A stretch of DNA of 64,000 nt from an uncultured Methanomicrobiales archaeon (GTDB lineage: Archaea > Halobacteriota > Methanomicrobia > Methanomicrobiales > Methanospirillaceae). A program made the translations under genes and the position numbers. The stretch lies in contig CAVWXH010000009.1 in assembly GCA_963758915.1 (NCBI GenBank), positions 1 to 64,000 on the forward strand, given 5' to 3'. The stretch's first letter is position 1, and every line of letters begins with the position of its first letter. The notes under the pieces are model-generated. The model ran no database searches, had not been told where the DNA came from, and saw only the letters and a program-made list of their open reading frames with translations. Below, piece after piece: positions 11,226 through 21,306 of the stretch.

Positions 11226-11810
11226 CTATCTTTTTCTTATAACAAGGGACTGCTCATGATGCCCGGGGAAGAATGTTCCCGTGTCATGGCCCTTTGCCAT
11301 TACTTCCGCCCTGATCTCCCGTTCATAGTCCCCGTTCCCGATGCTGCCCGTCTCTCCCTGGGACACCACAAGGAACCGGGCGACAAGCCGGTCCACCTCT
11401 GCTTTCGGGAAACCGAGCAGGGGCCGGACATACGAGCACCCGTACCGGTTCCAGAGTCGCTGCACTTCAGACCTGGGAAGCCTGGGGACACGGTCATTAA
11501 ACCTCGTACCATCAGCAACAACCTGGTACTCATGTGCAAGCGCGGTAACCGCGCTGAGGTGCACCATATTGATTGCATCGTTCGGGAAACCGCAGGCGAT
11601 GACCATATCCGCAGCGTGCGAAAGGAGGCCGGGTCCGAATACACAGGTCCGGTGGGGGAACCCGAGCGCTTCAGCCGCGGCAGTTACCTCCCCGGACTCC
11701 TGCCCAGGACGAAAGTTGAACGTTATCAGTTCGACTTCATAGTCCCGGGAGAGAAGGACTGCCGCAAGTGCACTATCTTTTCCCCCGGAAAAGAGCACCG
11801 CGGCGTTCAT
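11226..11810 (-). CDS. PP-loop (QueC/AANH-like) ATPase family protein
   Basis: FSGGKDS PP-loop; conserved beside the PDCD5 homolog. Confidence 0.85.
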   Translation of the reverse strand: MNAAVLFSGGKDSALAAVLLSRDYEVELITFNFRPGQESGEVTAAAEALGFPHRTCVFGPGLLSHAADMVIACGFPNDAINMVHLSAVTALAHEYQVVADGTRFNDRVPRLPRSEVQRLWNRYGCSYVRPLLGFPKAEVDRLVARFLVVSQGETGSIGNGDYEREIRAEVMAKGHDTGTFFPGHHEQSLVIRKR

Positions 11811-12139
11811 CCTTTCCGTGAGATCCTGAACTCCTTTTTCTTCGGAGTAAGCTGGACGAGGAGTTCCTTCAGCTGCTGATCGGTGATCTTCGTCTTTAGG
11901 CGGCCACTCTGGGCGAGGAGGACAAGCTGTTGCTCGACTCCCTTGGCAAAGTCTGGTTTGGTAATTTTGATGGTATTCAAACGTTCCCTTGCGTCTGGTT
12001 CCATGATCTGCATAAGTACCATGTGGATCTGGGCCTCAACCTGTCGTTGACGTTCCAGCTCCTCACCCTGGTCGCTCTGCTGCTGTTGCATCTGCGCCAT
12101 GCGTCTCCTGCGGATCTCGGCCAGCTCGTCGTCACCCAT
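11807..12139 (-). CDS. PDCD5-like dsDNA-binding protein
   Basis: DDELAEIRRRRM, ARERL and ITDQQLK motifs. Confidence 0.92.
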   Translation of the reverse strand: MGDDELAEIRRRRMAQMQQQQSDQGEELERQRQVEAQIHMVLMQIMEPDARERLNTIKITKPDFAKGVEQQLVLLAQSGRLKTKITDQQLKELLVQLTPKKKEFRISRKG

Positions 12140-12152
12140 GGAGTCTGCTCCC

Positions 12153-12602
12153 TTAATATTTCGCCATTTCGGGGGTTGCCCCGACTACTTCCTGCTTCAG
12201 GGTCATTGCCACACCGTCGAGGAACGAGGCCCCGGCAGGTGAAACACGCCGCCCAGCCTTTTCATGAAGTACATACCCCGCAGATTCAAGCTGCTGGAAT
12301 GCCTTCCTGAGTACTGAACCACTCCCTTTGCGGAACTGACTGGGTTTGGAGCCCCGGTTCCGTTTTCCGCCATAGAAGCTTCTCATTCTTTCGACACCAA
12401 CCGGGCCGTCGACGTAGACCCGCCGGAGCACGGCCGCTGTCCTGACGAACCACCAGTCGGGGTCCTGCGGGGGCTGCTCTTTGTGCACCCCGGTCTTTGC
12501 AAATTCTGCCCATTCCGGTGGGGTGAACTCCGGACGCTTTTTCATCTCCTCAGCCACCCTCCTGATCAACAGGTCAGCCGGGATATCATATACTGTTGTC
12601 AT
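12153..12602 (-). CDS. rps19e: 30S ribosomal protein S19e
   Basis: PEWAEFAKTG and WWFVRTAAVLR motifs. Confidence 0.97.
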   Translation of the reverse strand: MTTVYDIPADLLIRRVAEEMKKRPEFTPPEWAEFAKTGVHKEQPPQDPDWWFVRTAAVLRRVYVDGPVGVERMRSFYGGKRNRGSKPSQFRKGSGSVLRKAFQQLESAGYVLHEKAGRRVSPAGASFLDGVAMTLKQEVVGATPEMAKY

Positions 12603-12724
12603 TGTAAGACCTCACTGTCACCATATAGCTATAACAGTCTTTACTTATTTGTTCAATACATTTTTATACATTTCGAGCAACAACGAAAAAATCAGGCTCT
12701 AAAGAAGAATAATTTTTTAGAAAC

Positions 12725-13117
12725 TCATAACCTACGCCGTTCTTCGAGGATCATTGTCCTGCCCCGTACCTGGATTAGGCGTGCACCCGAAGCATGTGCA
12801 ATTTCTTCAGGAGATACTTCGGTATTCTGGAGCCATTTAACCTTGATAGTCTTTCTTGTTTTGAGCTGGCCGATTATTTCAGAAATAATCGGTTCGGTAC
12901 ATCCCTGTTTCCCAATCCAGACAGTCGGTTTGAGGTCCTGCATGAGGTTCCCACTGCTCTTCGACATTGAACGTGTTGTCAGTGGGGATTTGCGCCCTTT
13001 TCCGGTTGATCTCTCTCCTTCCTTCCGCCCGGCACCCGTTATACTCCGGGATGACCTGATCCGGGGCCTTACCGCGTGGGAATTCACACGTTTCTTATTT
13101 CCACTATACTGACTCAT
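12725..13117 (-). CDS. YhbY/CRM RNA-binding protein with basic N-terminal extension (alternative start 12967)
   Basis: LKPTVWIGKQG and IQVRGRTMIL CRM motifs; GGAGG upstream of ATG 13117. Confidence 0.8.
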   Translation of the reverse strand: MSQYSGNKKRVNSHAVRPRIRSSRSITGAGRKEGERSTGKGRKSPLTTRSMSKSSGNLMQDLKPTVWIGKQGCTEPIISEIIGQLKTRKTIKVKWLQNTEVSPEEIAHASGARLIQVRGRTMILEERRRL

Positions 13118-13427
13118 GCGACCTCCCGGTCGGGAACCGTGACTGCCTGTGGCAGTAGAAACAGGTAATCACAACGTTCCCTCTCCTGATTCTTACTCTC
13201 ATCGTTACCCCGGGTACATGGAACCGGTAGCAGTGAGGACAGATTTTTCGCCGGTACTGCCAGTCAAGTCCCACGCGCTGGCGCATAGCGATATTTCTGG
13301 CAAGTACAACACACCGGTCACTCCAGCATGGGTTCTCGGGAAAAAACTCCTCGGCCCGCTGGAAGAGTACCGCGATTCGTTCACGCGCCAGCCGTTTAAT
13401 CTCCCCGTTTTTCGATCTTCCTGCCAT
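13104..13427 (-). CDS. rnp4: Ribonuclease P protein component 4 (Rpp21)
   Basis: LARERI and CPHC...CFYC zinc ribbon. Confidence 0.9.
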   Translation of the reverse strand: MAGRSKNGEIKRLARERIAVLFQRAEEFFPENPCWSDRCVVLARNIAMRQRVGLDWQYRRKICPHCYRFHVPGVTMRVRIRRGNVVITCFYCHRQSRFPTGRSHESV

Positions 13428-13613
13428 CGATCTCCTCCCTGGGCTTCGTGTTCTTAATTGTACACCCTTCGTATATGATATACCCGCTGACAGTACCTGG
13501 TTTCAGGTGCTGATGTCATGTGACGCCATTACACTAATCCAGGTAAGTCGGGGACAGGTTACCATAAAATTCAGCAGGATTTCATTTACAGCACAATATA
13601 GGACGATTAATAC

Positions 13614-14187
13614 GCTCTTGTTGACTTCCTGCATACCATTACAAAATAAAGTGATTCCATGGGCGGATAACAGTTCACCCGACCTGGCCACGCCACAAAG
13701 CACTACATTCCGGCTGGGTTTCAGGATGATCGGTCATTGAACAGATCAGATAGCCGGTCTGCAGTCCTATCCTGACCGGGCGCCAAAGTAGCGGGGCGGA
13801 GTCCCGGGAGCATGACGAAATTTTGGAATTCCACGTCTGCAAGATAGATTTGAGAGGACATCCCTAAATAAAGTTTAAACTGACGCCAATATAAGGAGAT
13901 TTGGAAGGAGGCCTTTTCATGGGCCTTGTGTGAATTTCCCGTTCATATGTGTTTCCCATGAAAACAGGCATGATGCCAAAAGACCACAAGCATACAACAT
14001 GAAATTGCCAGCGGGGATTTTCATATTAACCGCCTATGACCGCCCTGCGGTCGGGCATAAAGAATGAAATTGTCGATGGGATTTTCACATGGAAATGACA
14101 AAACGGACCCTAATGTATGGAAATTTTGAACGAGGCATTGTCATAGCCCTGGTGTGGGCGTCACGTTCATATGTGTTTCAGCATAAG
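13614..14187 (-). mobile_element. Composite MITE-like element (module B-long + B-short + degenerate module A)
   Basis: 13767-13852 is the reverse complement of the module A 5' half; 13852-13970 matches 49446-49565; 13970-14187 matches 47935-48173; degenerate TIRs at both ends. Confidence 0.75.
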
Positions 14188-14240
14188 AGATTTTTTTCAT
14201 TTGATCTTTGGTTTTTATCGGTTTTCTAACACCGGGTGCG

Positions 14241-14879
14241 TTAAAGGACCCGGACAACCCTTCCTTCAATTCTGAGGCGGTTTTCACAGAAGAGTTTCAC
14301 TGCATACGGGTAACACCGGTGTTCTTCATGCAGGATCCGCTCGGATAGCAGGTCTTCATCATCATCCGGGAGGACCGTTACACATTTCTGCAGGATAATC
14401 GGACCCGCGTCCATAATCTCATCAACGAAATGGACCGTGCAGCCCGCTACTTTCACCCCGTGCCCGATGGCCTGGCGTTGTGCATGAAGCCCGGGAAATG
14501 ACGGTAAAAGGGCCGGGTGAATATTCATTATCTTCCCAGGAAATGACCGGACAATGTCTCTGCCGAGAATTCGCATATAACCCGCGAGCACCACAAGGTC
14601 AGGACTGCATTCCTGCATTGCGTAAAGCAGGGCCTTTTCATAGGCATCTTTTGAAGGAAATGCCCTGTAATCAACAACCGTTACCGGGACACCGGAAAAT
14701 TTCGCCCGATCAATTGCATAACAACCCGGGACATCCGAGATCAGGCGGACACAGGAACCCTGGATACTGCCTTTGGAAAGCGCATCAAGAATTGCCTGGA
14801 AATTCGACCCCCTTCCTGAGGCAAGCACGATGATCCGTTTCTTCCTGTCCCGGGGATCTTCACCCTTGTCCCTCTTCAT
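14241..14879 (-). CDS. purN: Phosphoribosylglycinamide formyltransferase
   Basis: ASGRGSN, LAGYMRIL, NIHPALLP and GCTVHFV motifs. Confidence 0.97.
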   Translation of the reverse strand: MKRDKGEDPRDRKKRIIVLASGRGSNFQAILDALSKGSIQGSCVRLISDVPGCYAIDRAKFSGVPVTVVDYRAFPSKDAYEKALLYAMQECSPDLVVLAGYMRILGRDIVRSFPGKIMNIHPALLPSFPGLHAQRQAIGHGVKVAGCTVHFVDEIMDAGPIILQKCVTVLPDDDEDLLSERILHEEHRCYPYAVKLFCENRLRIEGRVVRVL

Positions 14880-16143
14880 GCGGTGTTTTCACCTCCCGTT
14901 TCGGGTTTCATGATGATCTTCACCTTGACAACCCGTCTCCCCCTCATCTGTACGACCACCAGTGTGGCATTTGCCTCTGTAATCGCAGCACTTTCCCCGG
15001 GATGGGGGATATGACCAAGACGATCGATTAAAAGGCCCCCGATTGTTTCATACGACTCGTGCAGGGGAAGGTTAATATCCAGTTCGTCATTCAGGTCTTC
15101 CACCCAGACCTGGGCATCGATGATGTACACACCCTCCCCAACCTTCTGGATATCCGGTTCCTCCTGGTCGAATTCATCAAGGATATCCCCGACAAGTTCC
15201 TCAAGGATATCCTCCACCGTGACAATCCCTGCAAAGCTGCTGTACTCGTCAAGAACGATGGCTATCTGCACCTTACGGACCTGTAGTTCCTTGAGGAGAT
15301 CGTCGATCTTTTTTGTCTCGGGAATAAAATACGGGTCATACATGATCTCGTTAATCGAGGTCTTCTTTTTCCCGGACAGGAGGACCGAGAAGACGTCTTT
15401 TACGTTCAGTACACCGATGATGTTATCAACCGTTTCGTGGTACACGGGGATCCTCGAAAACCCGGTCTCGTTGAAGAGCTTCAATGCAGAATCAACCGTG
15501 TTGGTATCTTCCATCATCGCTACATCGATGCGGGGGGTCATAATTTCACGGGCTGTGGTATCCCCGAACTCGAGGACCGAGTAGAGCATCTCTTTTTCCT
15601 CTTCCTCGATGCTCCCCCCTTCCTGGCCGACATCTATCCACTCTTTGATCTCTTCCTCGGTCACTACCGGGACAGAAAGCCCATGTAACCGGTGGGACTT
15701 GCTCACACGGTCGACTATCCAGATAACCGGTGTAAGCACTTTTGATAAAAACAGGATGATGGGAGCAACTGACAGTGCGAAACTCTCATCGGCCCGTGTT
15801 GCGTATAACTTGGGACCGATCTCACCAAATATGAGAATGAGAAGTGTGACAACACCGATTGCGATCGCGATACCGAGGTCGCCGAAAAATTCAATCGCTA
15901 TCGCGGTGGCGATGGCTGCGGCACCGATATTGACGATATTATTCCCTACCAGTATGGTAATCAGGATATGGTCGGGATGCTCTTTGAGCAGGGCCAGTGC
16001 TTCTGCACCTTTTCGCCCTTCATTGATGAGGGCCCGTACTTTGACCCGGTTTATCGCTATCAACGCCACTTCCGAGCTTGAAAAAAAGCTGACAGGGCGA
16101 GACAGATTGCAAAAAGGGCGATGTTGAGATAATAATCGGTCAT
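14876..16143 (-). CDS. Hemolysin/CNNM (TlyC/CorC-like) membrane protein; apparent 1-nt deletion in a T-run near 16081
   Basis: DUF21 + CBS pair + CorC domain; adding one T restores SAFFSSSEVAL from ATG 16143. Confidence 0.85.
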
Positions 16144-16251
16144 CGGTCCCTCGCCGCTGGACTATAGCTGATATAGTTCTTCATAAGTAATGAAACACAT
16201 CATAATCGCAGTCCGGTTAAATAAACCCAGCGATTCCCGGAGAAGACGCAA

Positions 16252-17073
16252 TCAGAGAATGTTCTCTTTCATAAAAACGAGTTCCCGCATCAGGAGGAGA
16301 CATTTCTCTTCTGAAGAGTATTCGTGATCAAAATTCCTGTCCTCAAGTTCAAGGGTCAGGTTACCCTGGTAGCCGTATTCCCTGAGTGTGTGAAGCACGG
16401 TCACAATCTCCGGGTTGCCTTCAACAGGCAAGTGCATTGACTGCCCGTCTGAACGCGAGAGATGAATATTGACAAGGCGGTCATGACAGAGGTCAATATA
16501 CCTGATCACTTCATCGGGAGAGACCCCCATGGCATGGGACACATCAAGGGTGAAAAACAGCCATGGTTCTTTATCCAGGAGCTCACGGACTCCGTCGGGG
16601 GTACAAAGGAGCGAGTTAACCGATACTTCCATATTCTCTATTGCAACCCTTACGGTGCTCATCCGTGACTCGCAGCGCATCCGTTCGATCAAATGCTCAA
16701 AACGCTCATAATCTGCTGCGCTGGGGGCCCTTTTTGCAGTCCTCCGTCCGGGATGGATGGTGAACACGTCGGCATTGATCGCTTCAGCCAGCCGGAGAGA
16801 ATCGACCGCATGATCTAATGAAATACTGGCAACACCCGGGTTAATCGAGCAGGGGTTTAAATCGAGGATCGGGGTATGGACCGTATTATGTGATAGTTCG
16901 GGGTGATTACGGAGACATGAATGGAGTTCCTGCATGGGTTGGCCACGGATCCAGAAGTCAGGCGTTTCAGGCCAGAATTCAATTGCGTCAAGCCCGGTTT
17001 CACCAATGAAATCAAAGATCTCGTCAATCGGGTATTCATGGAAAAACATGGTTGAAACCGAGAAATGAACCAT
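16252..17073 (-). CDS. Sugar phosphate isomerase/epimerase (AP endonuclease 2 TIM barrel) family protein
   Basis: HPG, IEN, LDVSH, IHL and LELE metal-ligand motifs. Confidence 0.85.
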   Translation of the reverse strand: MVHFSVSTMFFHEYPIDEIFDFIGETGLDAIEFWPETPDFWIRGQPMQELHSCLRNHPELSHNTVHTPILDLNPCSINPGVASISLDHAVDSLRLAEAINADVFTIHPGRRTAKRAPSAADYERFEHLIERMRCESRMSTVRVAIENMEVSVNSLLCTPDGVRELLDKEPWLFFTLDVSHAMGVSPDEVIRYIDLCHDRLVNIHLSRSDGQSMHLPVEGNPEIVTVLHTLREYGYQGNLTLELEDRNFDHEYSSEEKCLLLMRELVFMKENIL

Positions 17074-17113
17074 GATCGTAGTTAATATCCACACAGGCAA
17101 TAATATCTCTGCT

Positions 17114-18367
17114 ATGAATTCCGGTCAGGGTACACTCGATATGTGGAAGGCCCAAACAGATTCACCGGTTTTACGGGTATCCGAGCTTTCGGCAATCATT
17201 AAAGAGCTGTTCCAGGACCAGCGTCTGCAGGATGTCCTCGTAGAGGGGGAGGTGACAAATTATAAGCACCATTCACGGGGAAACCGATATTTCTCTCTTT
17301 CGGAGGAAGACGGTAAAGAGAGTGCGGTAATAAAATGCATGATGTGGAGTTCTGATGCCGGAAAACTCCCGTTTGTTCCGGAGGACGGCATGCGTGTGAT
17401 AGCAAGGGGCCGGATCGATTTCTATCCACCCGGGGGCAACCTCCAGCTCTATGTAAAAAGCATGAGGCTTGCAGGCGCCGGTGAGAAATACCTGCTGGTG
17501 GAACGCTGGAAACAGGAACTTTCATTAGAGGGCTGCTTTGCTCCTGAACGGAAACAACCTCTTCCGCTCTACCCCACGGTAATCGGCGTGGTGACTTCCG
17601 GGACAGGTGCGGTTTTACAGGATATAAAAAATGTAATCAGCCGGCGTTACCCGCTCAGGATAATTCTGTCTCCCACCGCGGTGCAGGGAGATGGTGCGCA
17701 CCTCGAGATTGCATCAGCGATCAGGAAGATCGATGGGACCGTGGACGTTATAATCGTCGCCCGGGGGGGTGGAAGTTTTGAAGACCTCTTCCCTTTCAAT
17801 CACCCCGAGGTGGTACGTGCAATTGCATCCTGCAGCACCCCGGTGATAAGCGCTGTCGGCCACGAGGTGGACACAACCCTTGCCGACTATGCTGCTGACG
17901 CCCGCGCCCCGACCCCGTCGGCCGCGGCAGAGATGGCGGTACCAGACCGTACCGCGCTGTTGGCCGCACTCCGGGAGTACCGGTGCGCCATGGGAGATGC
18001 CCTCGGCAACCAGCTGGAGAGGGCATTCGACGAACTTGCAACGCTCCGGGAAAGGATCCACCCAAAAAAACTTGGTTACCGCATCATCGAGCGGCGACAG
18101 AATATCGACGATATGGCGGACAGGGTCCTCCTGGCCACCAGGGGGAAAATCTCAGGTGGCCGCCTCCGTCTGAATGAGGTCCGTGCTATAATCGAAGGGA
18201 AAAATCCGCTGAACATTCTTGGAAGGGGCTACTGTGTTGTGGAAAAGACGGGAAAAGTCATCCGTTCTGCCCGGTCACTTGCACCCGGGGACGACCTGGT
18301 ACTCCGGCTTACTGACGGGAAAAGCAGAGTAATGGTCACGGAGGTAACATATGACAAAGAAATTTGA
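17114..18367 (+). CDS. xseA: Exodeoxyribonuclease VII large subunit
   Basis: VEGEVTN, RGGGSFEDL, SAVGHEVD and APTPSAAAE motifs. Confidence 0.96.
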   Translation: MNSGQGTLDMWKAQTDSPVLRVSELSAIIKELFQDQRLQDVLVEGEVTNYKHHSRGNRYFSLSEEDGKESAVIKCMMWSSDAGKLPFVPEDGMRVIARGRIDFYPPGGNLQLYVKSMRLAGAGEKYLLVERWKQELSLEGCFAPERKQPLPLYPTVIGVVTSGTGAVLQDIKNVISRRYPLRIILSPTAVQGDGAHLEIASAIRKIDGTVDVIIVARGGGSFEDLFPFNHPEVVRAIASCSTPVISAVGHEVDTTLADYAADARAPTPSAAAEMAVPDRTALLAALREYRCAMGDALGNQLERAFDELATLRERIHPKKLGYRIIERRQNIDDMADRVLLATRGKISGGRLRLNEVRAIIEGKNPLNILGRGYCVVEKTGKVIRSARSLAPGDDLVLRLTDGKSRVMVTEVTYDKEI

Positions 18368-18539
18368 AGAATTGCTTGAAGAACTCCGGTTAGTTATGAG
18401 GAAAATTGAAGACCCGGAGACCGGACTGGACGAGAGCATCGAATTGTACGAAAAAGGGGCGGCCCTCATTCGCCAGTGTGAAGAGGTGCTCACGAAAGCG
18501 GAGCTGAAGATCACCGAACTTGGGGCAGGAGAGATGTAA
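18351..18539 (+). CDS. xseB: Exodeoxyribonuclease VII small subunit
   Basis: FEELLEEL...LDESIELYEKG; directly follows xseA. Confidence 0.93.
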   Translation: MTKKFEELLEELRLVMRKIEDPETGLDESIELYEKGAALIRQCEEVLTKAELKITELGAGEM

Positions 18540-18608
18540 CGCAATGTGTCGGAACAAGCCCTTTTTCCAGCCCTTTAGAGATTCTCTCACCGAATTTTAC
18601 TGAATCTG

Positions 18609-18863
18609 GGCTTTGTAGAAATGCTCTGATAATTTCTAACGATTTCGGGTTGTTCCGAAATTAACCCACGCTCCCGGGGCTGCGCCCCGCCGCTTTGGCG
18701 ACCCCGGTTGGGATAAAGACTATCCAAAAATACTCTAATGAGCCCGCGGGAAACCCTGCGGGAAGAATATCTTAATGGGGGTGGGGCAGGGAGGGGGTGA
18801 AACCCCCTCCTGTCTGGGCAGTTCTGTTAATTTTTTTATTCAGTATAGGATTTCAACAAGGCT
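18609..18863 (+). mobile_element. MITE-like element, module A, with both TIRs
   Basis: Left GGCTTTGTAGAAAT, right ATTTCAACAAGGCT; conserved core. Confidence 0.85.
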
Positions 18864-18864
18864 C

Positions 18865-19093
18865 TTAAATCTCTATTATAGGTTAGGTTATTCCAATAGT
18901 TCGTAACGCTCCCGGGGCTCATGGCCCACCGCTATAAAGGCCCTGGTTGGGATACAGACCCCTGTCTTGGAACCTCTGGAATAGTTAAAAAAAATCGATT
19001 AAAACCCTGTCAAAAAGTATCGTGGATGGTGAAATCCCCCACTTTCTGAGCAGTTCAGTTTTTTTTTATTGCGAACATGATTTCTACGGGCCC
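18865..19093 (+). mobile_element. Tandem diverged module A copy
   Basis: ACGCTCCCGGGGCTCATGGCCCACCGC...CCCTGGTTGGGATAC; ends TTTCTACGGGCCC. Confidence 0.7.
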
Positions 19094-19181
19094 ATTTAGG
19101 GCTGACTTTTTTGATGGTGTCTTTCTAATAAAAAAACTGCTGGCAACCACGAATCACCATAACTCCAATCCTTATGCTGAT

Positions 19182-19610
19182 TCACCGGGGAGATTCCGCG
19201 ATCATTTCCACCCTGATGATGGCACCTTCACGCAGATAACTGATTAATTCCCGTGGAAGTGTCCGGGCAACAAGGTCCGATCCTGTCGCGATCGTCCTGC
19301 CGCAACAGAAGGTGCTCCTTCTCCATACCAGATCAGTCGGGTGTTCAAGCGTTATCCCCGGCCCCCCGGCGGAGTGCACTTCAATACAGAGATCCCGGCA
19401 TTTCAGCCGTGTTGTAAGGTGAGCGCCTTCCATTGAAAGGATCTCCCTGAATACCGGAGAAAGGGCTGCTGCACCCTTGTCGGCACCGACTGCAATAATG
19501 CAGTCACCATAGACGGTGAGTTCCTCTTCGGTGGTTACCTCAAATGTCGTGGGGTGAGTCCCGCGGACCAGCGGGTGACCATGCGCGATGACCGCTTCCG
19601 TTGCCTTCAT
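19182..19610 (-). CDS. DUF371 family protein
   Basis: GHPLVRGTHPTTFEVT and GDCIIAV motifs. Confidence 0.88.
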   Translation of the reverse strand: MKATEAVIAHGHPLVRGTHPTTFEVTTEEELTVYGDCIIAVGADKGAAALSPVFREILSMEGAHLTTRLKCRDLCIEVHSAGGPGITLEHPTDLVWRRSTFCCGRTIATGSDLVARTLPRELISYLREGAIIRVEMIAESPR

Positions 19611-19641
19611 CTTTATTAAAAGGCGCACCTATTCCTATTCA

Positions 19642-20218
19642 ATGTATATCGAACAACGCTGCCCGGCATGCGGGGAAGAGGACGACCAGGAGATCCTTTC
19701 CGAATCTCATGACCTGCTTGTCCGCTGCACCCGCTGCGGCAATGTCTGGCACACTCCGAAAAGTAAAAATTCCCGAACCAATCTTTGTGAAAACAATTGT
19801 TTCGAAAGAAGGGACCTCGCGTATCTGCAGGACAGAGTTCCTGCCCGATGACAAAGTTTCTGTAGGGGATCGGTTTGTTGCCGAATGCGGTGAAGATGTT
19901 TCAGGAGTCCAGGTGGCCTCCATCGAGTCCGGTCCGCGACGCGTGGAACAGGCAACTGCATCGGAAATTTCGACCCTCTGGACCCGGGAGATCGAAGAAG
20001 TAGTAGTCCGGATTTCAATCCATGAAGGCTGGAAAACAATCCCGGTTACCCTGACCTGCAACGGTGAAACACCATTCATTGTAGGGGAGGTTTACAAAGC
20101 TGAAGGAAGGACATTTAAAATTTCTCATATCAAAATAAGGGATGGAGCTGTTTTGAGAAAAGAGGGATGGAAAACGGTAGCTAGCCGGATAAAACGGATT
20201 TATACCTACCCTGCCTGA
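19642..20218 (+). CDS. HVO_0476-like archaeal zinc-finger protein; +1 frameshift in an A-run near 19760
   Basis: CPAC...CTRC N-terminus in one frame, KTIVS...ISTLWTR...KRIY in the next. Confidence 0.75.
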
Positions 20219-20456
20219 CCGCCCAGGCTAACATGGCCGGGGCACGACCCTTTTTTATTTTTTCCGCATTATCGCTTTTCCGGGATTTCAGCTCAATTAA
20301 GTTTCCCGGGAATTGTCCTTGTTGCCACATTATTATCCGGGATTCGGAGTGGTGGCTGGAGGGCGCAGCATGGATTTCCAGGTCAGTAATTCCAAGATAG
20401 GGGAAATTAATCCTGTAATGGAACTAAAAAATATCACGTATATCAGGGTTAAAAAA

Positions 20457-21167
20457 TTACTGGTTTTTGAGATTGATAATCTGAACCTCAATCGTTGAAT
20501 ACCCGTATTTCATATTGAGCCCTTCGGGACTGATCCCTTTAACGTAAAACGTCCGCATGTACTGGTCGACCGGGGTTGTATTATCGAGGTTGATCTGCGG
20601 GTGATCCGCCAGCGCCAGGACGATCTGCTCATTCACACGTGTTTCATTGATAGGTTTTACAAGAAGCGCAAACTGGTCAGCATTCATCTGGGTCTCCAGC
20701 GGGTCCATTGGCATTACCAGGGATATCCTCTTCTGTTCGTTTAATTTCATCCCGGACAAACCTGTTGATATGAGGTTCATTTCGTCCCTGAATAATCCGA
20801 AATATGTCTGGTACTGCTGATACACGACGGGAATTCTCGTGATGTTTGTCGTCGTGGTAACATTAACCGGGACCTGAAGCGGATTGGAATAAAAAACCGT
20901 TCCTCCTTTCGCCAGGGTATCGTTATAGAGTTTTGAATTGGTTGTTACAACAGGACGGTTCTGGTCATCATAAATCGTGTAAGCCACCGTCGCTATATCA
21001 CCCGGCTGTGTACCCTTCAGTGATGTGAGCCAGCTGACGCCGAGCGATGATACGATCATAAATACTGCTAACAGGACACAGACAACGACGAGCACAATCT
21101 TTGTGCCGGTCCATGTTGAGGCCTTTTTTGTCGTTCCAGTGGATTTTTCCTTATTCTTTGGCTTCAT
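20457..21167 (-). CDS. Membrane-anchored FKBP-like hypothetical protein
   Basis: N-terminal TM helix; PGDIATVAYT and GLSGMKLNEQKRI resemble the FKBP fold. Confidence 0.6.
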   Translation of the reverse strand: MKPKNKEKSTGTTKKASTWTGTKIVLVVVCVLLAVFMIVSSLGVSWLTSLKGTQPGDIATVAYTIYDDQNRPVVTTNSKLYNDTLAKGGTVFYSNPLQVPVNVTTTTNITRIPVVYQQYQTYFGLFRDEMNLISTGLSGMKLNEQKRISLVMPMDPLETQMNADQFALLVKPINETRVNEQIVLALADHPQINLDNTTPVDQYMRTFYVKGISPEGLNMKYGYSTIEVQIINLKNQ

Positions 21168-21229
21168 CCTTATTATATCGGCGATTCGTCAAGATAAACG
21201 TTACATATCGCAGGCTGGATGTAAGAAAT

Positions 21230-21262
21230 GTATATATATAAATATCACTAACCAGAGGATAA
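21230..21262 (+). promoter_or_regulatory. hsp20 promoter: TATA box followed by HSR1-like operator CTAAC-N5-GATAA
   Basis: TATATATATAAATAT then CTAACCAGAGGATAA at 21248-21262. Confidence 0.55.
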
Positions 21263-21306
21263 CCTTCTCGGGGTCCCCGAGATAGAGGCAAGATGGGGAA
21301 TTTACA

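Noticed and set aside
13999-14144. Possible mini-CRISPR array (three ~26-bp palindromic repeats)
   Set aside because: The repeats are divergent, the spacers are conserved in the second copy at 47935-48173, and no cas genes are present; treated as module B internal structure
20300-20405. Possible highly decayed reverse module A (also about 1060-1150)
   Set aside because: Similarity is too weak to support by eye
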